The position numbers were made by a program, and so were the translations under genes. Positions 41,579-56,360 of a stretch of DNA of 64,000 bases are shown here, one piece after another. The stretch covers positions 117,800,001 through 117,864,000 of the forward strand of contig OX597817.1 of NCBI GenBank assembly GCA_951406725.2, read 5' to 3'. The notes beneath the pieces were generated by a model, which was given only the letters and a program-made list of their open reading frames with translations, searched no databases and was not told the origin of the DNA. The stretch's first letter is position 1. Every line of letters starts with the position of its first letter. This DNA comes from Octopus vulgaris (Eukaryota).

Positions 41579-41986
41579 CACTCTTTACTCTTTACTCTTT
41601 ACTTGTTTCAGTCCTTTGACTGCGGCCAGGCTGGAGCGCCGCCTTTAGTCGAGCAAATCGACCCCGGGACTTATTCTTTGGAAGCCTAGTACTTATTCTA
41701 TCGGTCTCTTTTGCCGAACCGCTAAGTGAAGGGGACGCAAACACACCAGCATCGGTTGTCAAGCAATGCTAGAGGACAAACTCAGACAAACATGTACACA
41801 CACATGCATATATATATACATAGGACAGGCTCCTTTCAGTTTCCGTCTACCAAATCCACTCACAAGGCTTTGGTCGTCACGAGGCTATAGAAGAAAACAC
41901 TTGCCCAAGATGCCACGCAGTGGGACTGAACCCGGAACCATGTGGCTGGTTAGCAAGCTACATACTACACAGCCACTCCTGCGCCT
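41579..41986 (-). mobile_element. tRNA-derived SINE family B, near full length
   Basis: Minus strand begins AGGCGCAGGAGTGGCTGTG; B box GGTTCAGTCCC; (AAGAGTA)-type tail. Confidence 0.9.
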
Positions 41987-42875
41987 ATTGTTGCTTTAAC
42001 ATGGACGCAACTTCCTCACCTTTTTTTCACAATTTACACACAGGTATACAGATATATGTACGTATGCATGTATATATGTGAGTATGCGCTTATGTGTGTG
42101 TGGGATGCATGTGTGTGCGTTCCTGTGTGCGTAAAGTTGACCAGAAAATACTCATAAACAGGAGGTTATCCTAGTAATTCCAATTCAGAAATAAGTGTAT
42201 TTGTTTTCTCCGTAAAATTTATAATCATATACTCTCGCTGAAAATTTCATATTTAAGAAACCTGTGATTAATTGTACCGCTCTACTATCTTGATCATAAA
42301 TGAAACCAAGGAAATAGACTCAGTCAATAGAGCGAATTAATAAGTAAAATAAGTGTAACTGCTTAACAATTTTGTGATGATAAATGCGTTAAAAACAATA
42401 CAAAACGAAATGGAATGCAAAATAATCAGTAGACCATTTATTAAGGACCAAAACAAACAAAAGCAAAACAAAATACGCACAGAACTTCGTAAAAACAACA
42501 GCACCTACGTCATTTATAAAGATACGTCAGAGAGAATGATTTTCGCAGCAAAATACTGCTTTCTATGATCAAACATTACCACAGACTTTTCAGTTTCTAT
42601 ATTTTTCCTCTCTTTAAACATCAAAATATAAATATAATCTTTATTTGGAATATAGTGTGACAAACTTTATACAACAATATGTCAGTAACTAAATTCAAAT
42701 CTAAAGATCATAGAAAATGTGTCAGACACTGTTGCCAACCATAATGGTTATTGATTTTTACGCTGACGACGAATAATTTCATTATTATTTATTTTATTTC
42801 TTCCTGCTCACAGGCCTATGATGTTCTGACGTTGTTTCCATGACATTTGTTCAGGTTATAACTTGTTAAATTACA

Positions 42876-42877
<2 letters not shown>

Positions 42878-42973
<96 letters not shown>

Positions 42974-43130
42974 TCATTTATATACATATATGTATGTATA
43001 TATATATATATACACATACATATATGTGTATATATATACATACAAAGATATGTATATATATATATATATATATATACAGACACATATATATATATATATG
43101 TATATATACGTATGTGCATATGTATATATG
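42878..43130. repeat. (TA)n-rich microsatellite block
   Basis: Directly visible. Confidence 0.95.
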
Positions 43131-43418
43131 TTCAAATATATTACGCACTCAAAGGAATGAGGAGGAGCGTATTACACTTATTAATTAGTTACGATCGTTT
43201 GATAATTAGTGAAATTGTTACGTCAATTAACACAGTGATATATATACAAATAAAAATATTATGCAAATACTTACAATATTAAAGAAATAAATGAAAATTC
43301 CATCACTTCTTCAGACTGGACATTAGACTAATATCTGTATTATTTGATTAATGAAATATAATGAAATATAATGGAACATCACCCCACACACACACATACA
43401 CACACACATATCTATCTA

Positions 43419-43515
<97 letters not shown>

Positions 43516-46500
43516 AAACACTATCGGTTGCCGACAATGGTTGATATACGATATCTCATCATTGTGGTTTATCAATACCAGAGAAAGGTAGAAGCATATA
43601 TGTGCGCGCGCGTACGTTTGCGTGTGTGTGCGCGTTTTGTGTGTGTGTGTGTGTCATACATTTGATAACATTGATTGGCTGTTAAAAAAGCCAATAATAA
43701 CAATAACGAAAGGGATTAGAGACAGCTAATCCGAAATATCTTACATCATTTGCGGTAACAGGAAATTTAACAACGTATATGCTCTTAAAGTTTAACAAAC
43801 AGTTTAGCTGACAGCAACTTACGAGAGTATCGAGAAACAATGTTTCGTTTAGATGTTCATATAATTGAAACATTTTATTAGCAACAAACGAAGTGCCGCG
43901 TCTTGGTCTTCTGAAATTATTTTGAGTGTTTATTTTCTGTTAGAGACTAGCTTGTAATGGAGATTATATCGTAATGATATCTAAGCTATATAACAGAAGT
44001 TCTATATATCCACCCGAAGGATGTTCTGTAATAATCATATAAATCTCATTAAGTACAAAGTCTTTAACTTTGAAGGTGCCATTAACTTAACTGAGGACTA
44101 ATTTTGAGGAACATCCATAGACCTAGAGTTCAATACATGAGAGCCAAATTTTCATTTCTTTAATTAAATAAAATTATATAGAGCAATAATCTCACTGCCA
44201 TTGCTTTACTAATGACTGATATATAATATTAGAATTATAATCTGCTATCTACCCCATTCAAATCAGATTTTCGATAAGAAGACACTTTAGTAAATTAAGC
44301 TGAATAAGTAGCTGTAAGCAATCGTAATCCAGGAACATAAAGTTAATACGGGTAATAGGAAATTTATTACCCATGAATGTGATAAGGCTTACAGTCCCTT
44401 CTATGTGGATATTAAAATTAATATAGTAAGCTTATTTCATATGAAGTTAATATGGGTCATCTCCGCCATCCTTCTGAATATTAAGAGAGTTATTGGATAA
44501 AACGCTTGGCCCTTCAAGATAAGTATTTCCTTAATACACGTATGTTAAAAGAAAACGAAAATTCAATCGGTGCTGCTGTTATAACCTGTTGCTTGTATGC
44601 AGCATGACGCTGATCAACGTACGTAAATCTAACGAAGTGGGGTACCCAAAATCTGTCATGCGCGAAGCTGACTTTTTTGCAGTATGTCAAAACACCCGCA
44701 TTAATATTCCAGATGGCACTATTCACTCACACGGCCGATAGAATAGTTATACACTTGTATCTAAAGGTCACACGCAGATATATTATAAATGTAAGTCATG
44801 TTTTTACACACACTGGCTAGAGTAATCTCATATAGATAACCAACTACTTGGTTGATATAACAGCACAGATTATCGACTACACTAGCAAATCGATGGTGTT
44901 CAACTGGATAAAATCATATATGAAGGCATCAAGAAACCGTAAAGTTTGTAAGGAGAAAAGAACAACTCCCCTGCTTCAATCAAAATTAATCAGTGAACTG
45001 CCAAGCTCTCAAAAATATATATTTGCTTGGGACCTGCAAGTATAGGTTCGTTCTATTCTCTTAGAATATTCCCGAAATAATTGAGCGGTTATAGGCATTT
45101 TTCTTGGACTAACTGGAGTATTCTCCTCCATTATACTCCCTTACTCTCTTCTTTTGTCCTCAACATAGTTTTACACATAATTACACACTAACAACACAGC
45201 ACTCTCCCCTATATATAGCAAGGCTGCCTACTCGTGAAAAGTTATAACACTCCTAGACATAATATTCCTAGTGTTATATCTAATAACTTGTCATAAGTGC
45301 TTTATGTGGTCCAAAGAAATAAATCTAATAATAAACTTCCTAGCTTTTCCCTTCCTCATACTTAACATTCCACCTTCCATCTTACGTACATTTCCAGACA
45401 GAGTTTGACACAATTTTAATATAAATTTTTATAGTTAATCCAAGGACATGTGCCGCAAAACTTAATAGATTATTGATGACATTCGTAAAGACGAATGCTA
45501 TCTCCCAATAAATACACATTTACAAAGAACTTTATTCTCGTGTTTTAGAGACTAAACTACTTTTCTGAAACACATACCTTCACACAAATTTTAACCTACT
45601 GCTGATATCCAGACACATGTATACATGCATTTATATGCGCGCACACATAACTATATACACATTTGTATATCTCTATCTCTACTAACACACACGCACATGC
45701 GTGTATGTGTGTAAAGAGAGACAGAGTAGCAGCCTAGATACCTATATTTATGACTATATAATATGTTCTATTACATACTGCCGTATATGTCCACATGAGA
45801 CATTTAACGACACAAATGTTATTGCATAAAGGGAAGAATTATAAAAAATTATTCGTGCATTTTACTTAATAAAATTTTTTTCTTTCTTCAATTAGTGTCG
45901 TGCACTATACAGATTCCAATTAGTATATCTATATTCTTAATAACCAACATAATGTACTTTTATCCAATAAAACGTAAAATTGATTATCTTGTGCATGTAT
46001 ACATGGTCTTTTACTTTGTAAGGTTGAAATGGTATGGCGTAAAAGTACAACTCTCATTTTCAGCCAGACCACGCTGAATAAACTAGCGCTTTAACGAAGA
46101 TATTCTTCAAATTATGAACACAAAGGCGTCTTGAATATTAAAGCAAAATAATTATTGAAAGACGGTGTTTCTTTGAAGCAAGTATTGCAACTGTAGAAAG
46201 TAATCAGTACGATATAACAAAAAGTCACTGTCATTTATTTCACATTCAAATTCATTTTAGAATATATAATTACAAAACATGCTTCACATTCACGCTAGTC
46301 TATAGATGACTTGGTGACAACTTCATCGAATTCTTTAATTTCCTGGCATTTATAGATGCTAGCGCTGTAATATTCTAAAAGTAGTGACCGACCAATACTA
46401 CTAAAATGTGATGTGCATGCTCAATATTTTTGTAGATTATTCTTCCAATGTTACGCCGTGAAGTGCAACATAACAGCATAAGAATAACGCCCACAAAATG

Positions 46501-46611
46501 TTTTTCGGTCGTTCCAGTTATCACTAATAACGTGTCAAATGCCTAATGTCATTCGCCTAATTGTAATTAACTGCATTGTAGATAGTTACATTTGTTTCAT
46601 CTTTTTTCCTT

Positions 46612-46740
46612 TTCTTCTTCTTCTTCTTCTTCTTCTTCTTCTTCTTCTTCTTCTTCTTCTTCTTCTTCTTCTTCTTCTTCTTCTTCTTCTTCTTCTTCTT
46701 CTTCTTCTTCTTCTTCTTCTTCTTCTTCTTCTTCTTCTTT

Positions 46741-46805
<65 letters not shown>

Positions 46806-46812
46806 TGACTAC
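46612..46812. repeat. (CTT)n followed by (CTA)n microsatellite
   Basis: Directly visible. Confidence 0.97.
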
Positions 46813-46849
46813 AATATTACTGTAGGATTCATTTTCCCATGGACAAAAT

Positions 46850-47012
46850 ACTTGGTGGCATTTCACGTTCAAATACCGGTAAGGTCAAGTTTGCCTCCCA
46901 GCTATTCGGAGTTGATAAAATGAGTGTCATTTCAGCACTTTATCGATGTGCACAACGTCTCCTTCCTCTCAAACTTGCTGGTCTTGTGCGAACATTTGTA
47001 ATCATCATCATC
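46850..47012 (+). mobile_element. Degenerate SINE family A
   Basis: gttcaaatacc...ggtcaagtttgcct...ttcggagttgataaaatgagt. Confidence 0.55.
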
Positions 47013-47039
47013 ATAAACATTTTACTTCGCTGAACCCAT

Positions 47040-47520
47040 GATTATACTTGTTCCGATTAATTCTTTAAGACCGGAAAGCAGCTTATTGTCAAAGGGCTAA
47101 AAGTATCTTTCCAAGATACATAGCATCCAAGTGTCTATCTCAAAGTTCTCGTTATCCTCAACAGAGCAATTTTCTGAGCATTTTCTTCCCCCATGTCACT
47201 TTCCAATTTCCATTATACTTGCTTCAAATAATTCATTAAGACAGGACAGCAAATTATTATCGAAGGGCTAAAAGTATCTCTTTCCAAGATATTTACCATC
47301 AAGGTACCAATCTCAAAATTTTCGTTATCCCCAAAAGAGCAATTTTCTTAGTATATTCTTCTTTCATGTCAATTACAATTTCTCCGACTCATTTCTTAAA
47401 CCTAGTCGTTAGTGTTGTCAGTGCCCCTACAAATACTCGGATTACAGTTATTCCGTTCATTGCCAACATTCATGCAGTTTGGTCTTTTGGTAGCTTGTAC
47501 ATTTCAGTATTTTCCAGCAT
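47040..47520 (-). mobile_element. Two tandem decayed 3' ends of a REL-type LINE
   Basis: Minus strand reads ITVIRVFVGALTT and KKIALLGITKILRL; about 47065-47195 is repeated at about 47236-47368; TAA run upstream on the sense strand. Confidence 0.65.
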
Positions 47521-48037
47521 TATTATTATTGCTGTTATTATTATTACTTTTAATCTGCATGTTTGTTACAATCACTCTCCGAGACACACTCAGCGTCTTG
47601 GGGCGAGTGAAGGATAAGAGATATTACAGTCTGAGAGAAAGCTTGGGTAGGGGTGGTAGAGGATACAACACAAAAGTTTAAATGAACAGGGTCTTTTCTA
47701 AAGATATGGGCAGTACAAAATGCAGTATATTTAAGAGACCAAAAAAGTAAATGCAAAAAAGATATTTTCTTCAAACTTGGCATGAAGGAAAGAAAGATTA
47801 TTTGGTTTCTCAAGAAGTATTTTTTTGGCTTAACTTCGTTTAACAAAACCAAAAATTTTATTGAAATAAAGGCATGCTTAATTATTTTTTAACGAAAAGA
47901 AAACACGTTTCGTTCCTGCCACGCTTACTTTTTAAACCATGTTTGTGTTCTCCCGAATATAATCGTTTTTCTTTGAAATGGAAAAAAGTGTATCTTTATT
48001 TCTTTTTTTTTGCTGGTGTCTCAAATTTAGATTAAAT

Positions 48038-48097
48038 CAGTGTTTCTCAAAGGGGAGGCATATGCGACGGCCGGACAAGTTGGTTTGAGAAAATTTG
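48038..48097. mobile_element. Possible 60-bp hAT-type mini element
   Basis: CAGTGTTTCTCAA...TTGAGAAAATTTG termini; 8-bp flanks GATTAAAT and ATTTAAAT. Confidence 0.35.
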
Positions 48098-48151
48098 ATT
48101 TAAATATCTGACAACCTAGCACCGTCCATTGGATGGAGGGCGTTTTGCTCG

Positions 48152-48212
<61 letters not shown>

Positions 48213-48215
48213 TTA

Positions 48216-48252
<37 letters not shown>

Positions 48253-48844
48253 ATATACATACATATGTATGTATACATGATTAACAAGTGTTTCCTAATA
48301 TAAAATAAATTTCTTTTAGATTGATATGCTAGATCGAGAATACAATAGGAAATATTTGTATATTATTAATAGGTTTGAAAACAATGTAACATAAAAGATA
48401 AATGGAAACTATAGTTTCACACCTGTATGATTGCGAAATATTAGATAATTTGATATCGTGTTCGCTACTTGTATATTAAGGATGCAAATTGATACTTGTC
48501 AATGTAAAACATATATACCACGCAGGATCGACTGCTACAGTTATGAAAGAAACTATCTGTACACAAACCAGCTGTGGAGCAGGAACGCTCATTTAGAGAC
48601 CGGAAATATTGAAGCACTTATGTATATGTTATATCATGATATGTCATTAAAATTATTTGCCAGCCACATAAAGTTCGGAAATTGAAGTCTCGAAACTAAT
48701 CATTTCCTTCTAGTCGCGAATATCAAAGTGTTTACTCTTATGTTTCTAAATGTTAAAATTCAAATTTATTCGTTAATCCAACTCAATGAACATTAATGGT
48801 TGTAAGCAAGAAGGAAAATATCTACGACATACACATTTAGCTAC

Positions 48845-48877
<33 letters not shown>

Positions 48878-48977
48878 ATGTACATATATACACATATATG
48901 TTTCTGCCTATATGTGTGTATGTGTGTGTGTGTTTGTGTGACTGTGTGTATCTGTGTGTGCATCGCTTAGCTTGATT

Positions 48978-49137
48978 TTGACGCGTTGCTGCGTGGTAAG
49001 AAATTTGTTACCCTGCTGCTTGCTCCAAGTTCATTTCCACCGCGTTGCATCTTAGACAAGTATTTTCTGTGAAAGTCTTTGGACGGCCAATGCTCTGGGA
49101 ATGGATTTCTTGGAAGAAAATTGAAAGACGCCCGCCT
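48978..49137 (+). mobile_element. Degenerate 5' half of SINE family B
   Basis: gctgcgtggtaag...catcttagacaagtattttct...tggattt...tgaaagacgcccg. Confidence 0.6.
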
Positions 49138-49146
49138 AACACATAC

Positions 49147-49184
<38 letters not shown>

Positions 49185-49400
49185 CGTGAAGTATATTTGC
49201 CAGGTATGTGGCTAACCCTTAAAGGTGGATGCTAGTTGTAGCTCCAGTAAAACACCTCCAGTTGGCAACTGACACACCTTCGGTGCCCCTAAGACAGTGT
49301 GCCAATAGCCAGCTGGAGGGGGTGTCTTCTTGGGGCTACAAGCTACAGGGTCATCCACCCTTAAGTGTTAGCCATATTTCAGTGGCAATTACACTTCACG
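49185..49400. mobile_element. ~216-bp foldback (hairpin) element
   Basis: About 90-100-bp imperfect inverted arms (CGTGAAGT...GTGGCTAACCCTTAAAGGTGGATG and CATCCACCCTTAAGTGTTAGCCAT...ACTTCACG). Confidence 0.8.
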
Positions 49401-49409
49401 GTCTCGTGC

Positions 49410-49555
49410 AGCTGTTTGAACATCTAGATACCTGTGCAAATGGGAAATTTAAAATATTAAAATTTTACAAAAATGAAAACTATAAAAAGTTCCAACTACG
49501 AAAGATAAAAGAAGAATACTTTATAAGAATTCTAAATTCGAAATTAAACACGAAA
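49410..49555 (+). mobile_element. PLE GIY-YIG C-terminal fragment
   Basis: EHLDTCANGKFKILKFYK...RKIKEEYFIRILNSKLN parallels DHIDSCAKD..PFYQ..RIKKENLFIEKFKTHLN at 37969-38178. Confidence 0.7.
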
Positions 49556-49599
49556 TATCTAATACTGCATTTTATTACCAAATTCGTAATATGCACTTG

Positions 49600-49813
49600 A
49601 AAAGATGCATCACTGCAATTCCTCCCGAGCCAGTGTACCCTATTTGTATGTCGTTCAGTTTTAAGTGCTGGTAGCACAGTACTTGGAATTTTCCTGCATT
49701 AAACTGCATGTTGTTGTACTCAGCCCTCTTGTATATTGCCTCCAAATCCCGTTGCAGATGTTCAATATTTCCAGGATTTTGTATTTTCTGAGACTTTTGT
49801 GTCATCTGCATAC
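49600..49813 (-). mobile_element. CR1/L2-type LINE RT fragment
   Basis: YADDTK followed (frameshifted) by LQRDLEAIYKRAEYNNMQFNAGKFQVL. Confidence 0.8.
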
Positions 49814-50724
49814 CGATTTATATTGTTAATAGATAATAATATCAAATATTCTCCGTACAGAATGCTTGTAAAAATCCCTAGGTTGGATTGGGTTAATCTT
49901 TCTAGACGTACCTAAGAATTGCTTATCCATGAATGTTATCTATAAGTAGTGCTCAACCGAATAAATGGTATATTGTTCATAGATGAGGTTCAAATATTCA
50001 CCGTATAGAATACACTTCGTAGCGCTCAAGACAGTATAGTTTGTATATTGACCTGCCTAAATTGCTTATCCTTACATTTACCTCTATATGTGTGTGTGTG
50101 TATGTGTGTTTTCGGGTGCGTGTGAGAAACTTGTTATATGACATTTTCCTATCACAAATAAACAAGCAAAATACATCATTCCTTTAGTATTATACTGTAT
50201 AACAGTCTGTAGACTGCCGCCATGTTGCAAGTCTTCTGCGAAAGTCGCTGTTGATCACATCGACATTTGCTAACTTTCAGTCTAGTTCTATCGGGGTTTT
50301 TTCTATCGAAGCACTGAGTTGCGGGAACATGAATAGAAAAAATATCACCTGGTAACAGTAGAAGACAAACTCATAAATGTAACCGTCTTGCACAGGAACA
50401 CACATGTAAATGCATATATTCACACATATGTATGTATGCCATTGTTCAGTTTTATTTCAAGACATTTTTGCCAATAGAGAAACAGCCGGTTTCTAACCTC
50501 GATTCAAGGCACCTTCAACGGAATTTCAACATCAACAACAGGGTGTACGTAAGTGAGCTACACAATCAGACAGAAATACACGATACTACGCACAGGTTTA
50601 CATTTACTTATTAAACTTGCTTCCTTCTGACCCACTTGAAATCACTCCAGCTTACGTTCAATTTCAAACTACATAAACAAATTTCCTTTTTGTCTCCTCT
50701 CCTTAACAGGCTTTCCTTTTTGAT

Positions 50725-50758
50725 AGTCTGACGATGAGACTTGTCCCGAAATATCACT
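50725..50758 (+). ncRNA. Minimal type I hammerhead ribozyme motif, canonical core
   Basis: AGT-CTGACGA-T-GAGAC(TT)GTCCC-GAAA-TA-TC-ACT; one mismatch in stem II. Confidence 0.6.
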
Positions 50759-51370
50759 CACTGTCCGTACAACACACTTCATTTTCTCTCAATATTGATA
50801 AATATATTTTGTTGTGATTAAAATTTACGTTGTATCATTCTTGTCATTATGTTGAGCATACCGCAAATACATCCATGCTTATGCGTAGGTTGACTTTTAT
50901 AGACTCACATACACACAACACACACACACACACACACACACATACACACACGCACACTCACATAATGTACGTATGCATAATGTGTATGTATTAGTGGGAA
51001 TTTAAATAAAGCACATTATCGTGCGGTTGCGCGCATGTTTCTGAAGCCAGAATACTGATAGAAATAATGTACTTTGATAAAATGCGTAACAAAGAATATA
51101 CTATAAAAGTTTGACCGCAATTACTAATTAGTTATTCATAGAAATAAAGAAATATATACATTTTTATAATGTTTTAATAATAATTATAATGGCATCAGTG
51201 AACTAGAAGAAAGAAAGGAAAATGAGAAGTAATAGAGATCACAGATTTTGCTTATTAACGACATTAATACCCGCACACCTACAGCTTACTATTTCCTGCA
51301 CACTTCCTTAGATCTTCATGAACTCACATATGATATTATATAGAAGTAGTTTACAACAAAGATTGGAAGA

Positions 51371-51441
<71 letters not shown>

Positions 51442-51703
51442 ATATATATATATATACGTGAAATAATGAATATACATAAAGAGAGGTATGTACACACACC
51501 ACGACGTAAACACGCACATACGAGCATACATTCTTATTAAGATACGCAGACGTATAATTATTACTTTACAGACCTGTTCACATATTTGCAAACATTTAAG
51601 CGTAGACACAAAATATGCACCTTTCGTTTTCATTTCTTTCTTTTTCTCTCAGTCTCACTGTGTACACACACATATATATATATGTATATATATATATACA
51701 CGC

Positions 51704-51816
<113 letters not shown>

Positions 51817-52861
51817 TGGCGTCTATATTTCATACATGTTACAGTGCTTCATTAAATATGTATATGTATGATATTTCTGTGTATGCGTGTCTATTTTAAA
51901 TATATGTTACCTCTGAACATAATATTGCAGCATTAGTTAAAAGCTTATTGCTCGGAGCCGTTCTTTGTAAATAAAACGCAACAGTCTAGCAACACGTTGT
52001 GTATATGTGCATGCATAATAGCGCGCCTAGATTCTACTTTTGTTTCATTAACTCACGTATTTATTCATATATATTCACATACAGGATGTGCATATGTGCA
52101 ATAGTCGTATTTCGCAGCATACACACACATACACACACATGCACACAAACATACACATTTAAGTATATATACATATATATCAATTTGTGTGGAAATATAT
52201 ATATATATATATATATATACGTATTTGTGTTTGTGTTTGTGTGTGCACATTCGAAAAGAGCATTTAGTACATGATGCAAAGTTTTATTTTTGCATTAACA
52301 ATTCATTATTCACTCTCTTACTGGAATATTTACACGTAGAAATTGTTCACATAATTAACCAAGCAATGTCTGAAGAATGCAGTTTTTTAAACAACGCATT
52401 AGTTATGTCGATTCTTGTCGTTCAAAGAGTTTGGCGAATCGAAAGTTCAAAATCTGCCTCAGTTACTTAAATATCATGCAGATTACTCATGCTTACTGCT
52501 TTCAATGTATCTTCACGCTGTTTTAATACCTAGAATTCTCTATCAAATTTTGGGTATCGTCTTTTATTGAAATTTCATTTAGCATTATCAACAATTTTTC
52601 GTGATTACGGAAGAGGATCATTCAGAGTCTACGGATAAATTCCTAGAGTATATCTGTATTTTTTCAAACGTCCATCTCAGCCAAATTAATATTTCAATTC
52701 ATTCTTCCCCTTTTCGTGATGTTGGGTTTTGTTTGGCTCCATGAGACATGTCGTAAATAATATAAATTACTTGGATAATATTACTTGAGGCTGTCACAAA
52801 GTTTCAGCATTCAGATGACGTCTGGATTAATGAGCATATGGGCAAATTGCCATTAAGAATG

Positions 52862-52924
<63 letters not shown>

Positions 52925-53289
52925 AATATATAAATACAAACATGCATACATGCATATATACATGCATAAATATATATATATGTCTACATATATACAGACA
53001 TGAATATATATTTGTGTTTGTATGTATATACATCGTCTTCGACGACAAATTACATCATACATACATGTATGCATTAAGTGTCTGTCTTTCTATCTATCTG
53101 TCTATCTATCTATGTATCTATCCATCTATTTATGCAGGCATAGTGGAATCTGCCGTCCAAGTCGACGGATGAGTGTTTAGTTTTTGCTGAGTGACCTGCA
53201 CAAATGTATTCTAAGAATATCTATGTATATATTAGCTCACTCCTTCCTTCAATTCGTTGTTGCTTGAACAGGTGCACGGTATATTATAC

Positions 53290-53430
53290 GCCAGGTGTGA
53301 AAGTGATCGCAGAGCAAGGTGAGAAAAAAATTTCCCCAAGAATACAACGCACTACCAGGTTCAAGAATTGAAATGACGATCTCACGCTCGAGAGCTGAAC
53401 ACCCTAACAAATTACACATTCGCCCTCATA
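53290..53430 (-). mobile_element. Degenerate tRNA-derived SINE (third family)
   Basis: Minus strand has a tRNA-like head (ttagggtgttcagctctcgagcgtgagatcgtcatttcaattct); heavily decayed. Confidence 0.45.
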
Positions 53431-56163
53431 TCCACGTCACTGTATCATACTAAATGTGCACATACCGTTAGAATGCAATTTGCCATGGAAATATGTGAAA
53501 TTAAACCTCTTCATAGATCTGTGTTAAGTCATGATATACCGGAGTATGAAGAAAATTGAATCACGAGAACGAGCGATACATTTCGCCATTCGTGGGGTTT
53601 GTGAAAGCGGTGCACTCGATTTCCAGCTGCTTGAACACATCCCCCGATGGCTTAGAGCCCTTGGGTGCAATTGTTTGAAATTTTGTACAAATGGAATCTA
53701 ATATAGGAACATTTGTTTGGACTATTTTTTCACGCTTGTACCACTAGCACTAATCTATATGCTTGGAGTCACTGGATTTTAATCCGAAACTCCCTAGTCA
53801 CAACTGTATAATATTTAGAATGTCTTGTTAAGCAGATTTCCATCTATCCTCCAAACTTAACGAAATATTTAGCCTGAAACTTTACAATCAACATGAAGTA
53901 CATGTAAATTAAAATGAAGTACATGTAAATAAAGGGCTTCGAAGATTTTTGTTACACTCCCTGTAAAATCACTAGAAATTGAACTAGTATTTTGAAACAT
54001 AAGTTATAGTAATATAGAAGTTATCAATTAGTCTAAAATGTCTTTCTTTTTCCTCAACAATATACTTTCTAAAAATTCTATCGATGATCTTTTTAGACAG
54101 TATCGGGCTTTCTGCTGGATATATCATTCGTGTTACATATCGATGAAAGAATGAGTAAAATCTCAAATAGAGATCAGAACGGCGACAATAGATTTACTAT
54201 TACAAACAATATTTGGAGGAGTTGAAGCAGTTTTAGAAATATCTCCATCTGTTACATTACTGAATTTCGAATTAGCATAAAAAGAAACACGAATAAAAGT
54301 ATTGTCTACATTTTAGATGCCATCTGACATATAGCATTTGTATTTTCTAGGCCATCTAAAAATCCCAAGGTGGTGCATATGTACATCAAACATAAATTAA
54401 CACAGCACTCTTATGATTATCATGGAATGGATTAACGATGAAAATATGCGAATAAATTGGTATCTTTTGAAAGACGTAACATTCAATAGAGTAGCCATTT
54501 ACTCCAATGTGGTATTAGAAATTTCAGTTAAATACAATTCTGTTTTCATAATTACTATTGTGCTATTATGATAAATAAATAAACACAATATATTGTATCT
54601 TATCGATCTATCCGTTATAATGTCAAATTTGTTATTGATGAAACTTCCCCGAATTTAATCCCAAATTTTTACCTTGGTGACGGAAGTCTACGGAAGCTAA
54701 AGAAGCACCAAGACTTTGAAGAAACGAAGTTCTTTCCTTAACTTAAGTAACAATCGGAATAAGTAACATTCCTAAACAGTGACTAAGCCGAAACCATACC
54801 CTTATCAAAAATATTGAAGAGGCAAGGTCGATAAAATGTAAGATATTGTGTATATCTATAATGTTGATAGCACATTAGTATGAAACAGAATTCTTTAAAA
54901 CTGAAAACCACCTTGGTGTAAATCGCTACTCTATCGAAAGTTACCTTTTTCGAAACTCTACCTCTTAACAACAGCACGGCAACTATCTATCCTCAGCCGT
55001 TAATCATCCAAAGGATAAGTCTGATATCCATACATTTTAGAACAACTAAATTACGACACATACACTTCAGAAGCAATTGATTGTTCGCCAAGCTTTTATC
55101 TTATGCTACAAAATATATGCGAACCTATGAGAGTCTCCAGTCGAGTAAATATTTACGTTTAAATGAGCAAGTTGAATAAGAACACTTTCAACTCGCGTTT
55201 GCAACTCCAGGAGGAGCAGAGTAGTTTTAAAATTCCATAGTATATTTAGCACAAACCAATGAATAAAATTGCAGATGTTTGCGTAATATCTTTAGTTAGG
55301 AAAAAACTCAATACTGCCCAAAGCAGTAAGTTTGAAAGAACATATGTGATTTTATATTCAGTATCATTATGAGAATTTAAATAAAATTCTTAATTATAAC
55401 ACCCACCCAACAATAATCCAATCGGTAGTTGTTTTGTATTTTTGTTTGTTCTTTGTGTGTTTTGAGTTTGTTTTGTTTTATTGTTTTTCAGTTTCTCATT
55501 TGTGGTTTAGAAAATCAGACGCTGACTGTAGCCAACAAGATTCCAGCAACAATCCCACAAAAAATTAGTGACATATTTCGAAATTTCTTGAGCTCTTAGC
55601 AGTAAAAAAATTTGTGAGGTATTTTTCCTGTATATGAGAATCTATGTGAAAAAAGAATTGAGATTATATAAACATTAAATTTACTTGTGCCACATATTAA
55701 ATTCACTTAATATTTCTTAACTACTTTTGTAAGTGTCTATTCCTAAAAGTCCGGGTGTTTTATATATACAAGGAATCACGCACACGCTCTCCTCCCAAAA
55801 TACACATATGCACATACAAACATATTTATGTACGTGTGTGTTGTGCGCACGTGTACATATCTACTTCACCATTTCTCTCTCTCTCTCTCTCGATATATAT
55901 ATATATATATAATATACATATATACATACATTCATACATACATACATACATACATACATACATACATACATACATACATACATACATACATACGTATAAA
56001 AGCAACTGAATTAGTGCTAAGTGGAGTTTTTCGCTAAAACATTTAATCCGTACGATATAGATATCTGCTTAGCAGATATTTTTGTGACCTGTTTTTATTT
56101 CCAATCGTTTTTATATCTGAATCAAGATTTTCATTTGTACACACACAGATATACATGAATACC

Positions 56164-56206
<43 letters not shown>

Positions 56207-56243
56207 GTATATAAATATGTATGTTTGTATATATATATGTGCG

Positions 56244-56274
<31 letters not shown>

Positions 56275-56312
56275 GTATATATATATATGCGTATACATAC
56301 ATACACACACAC

Positions 56313-56360
<48 letters not shown>

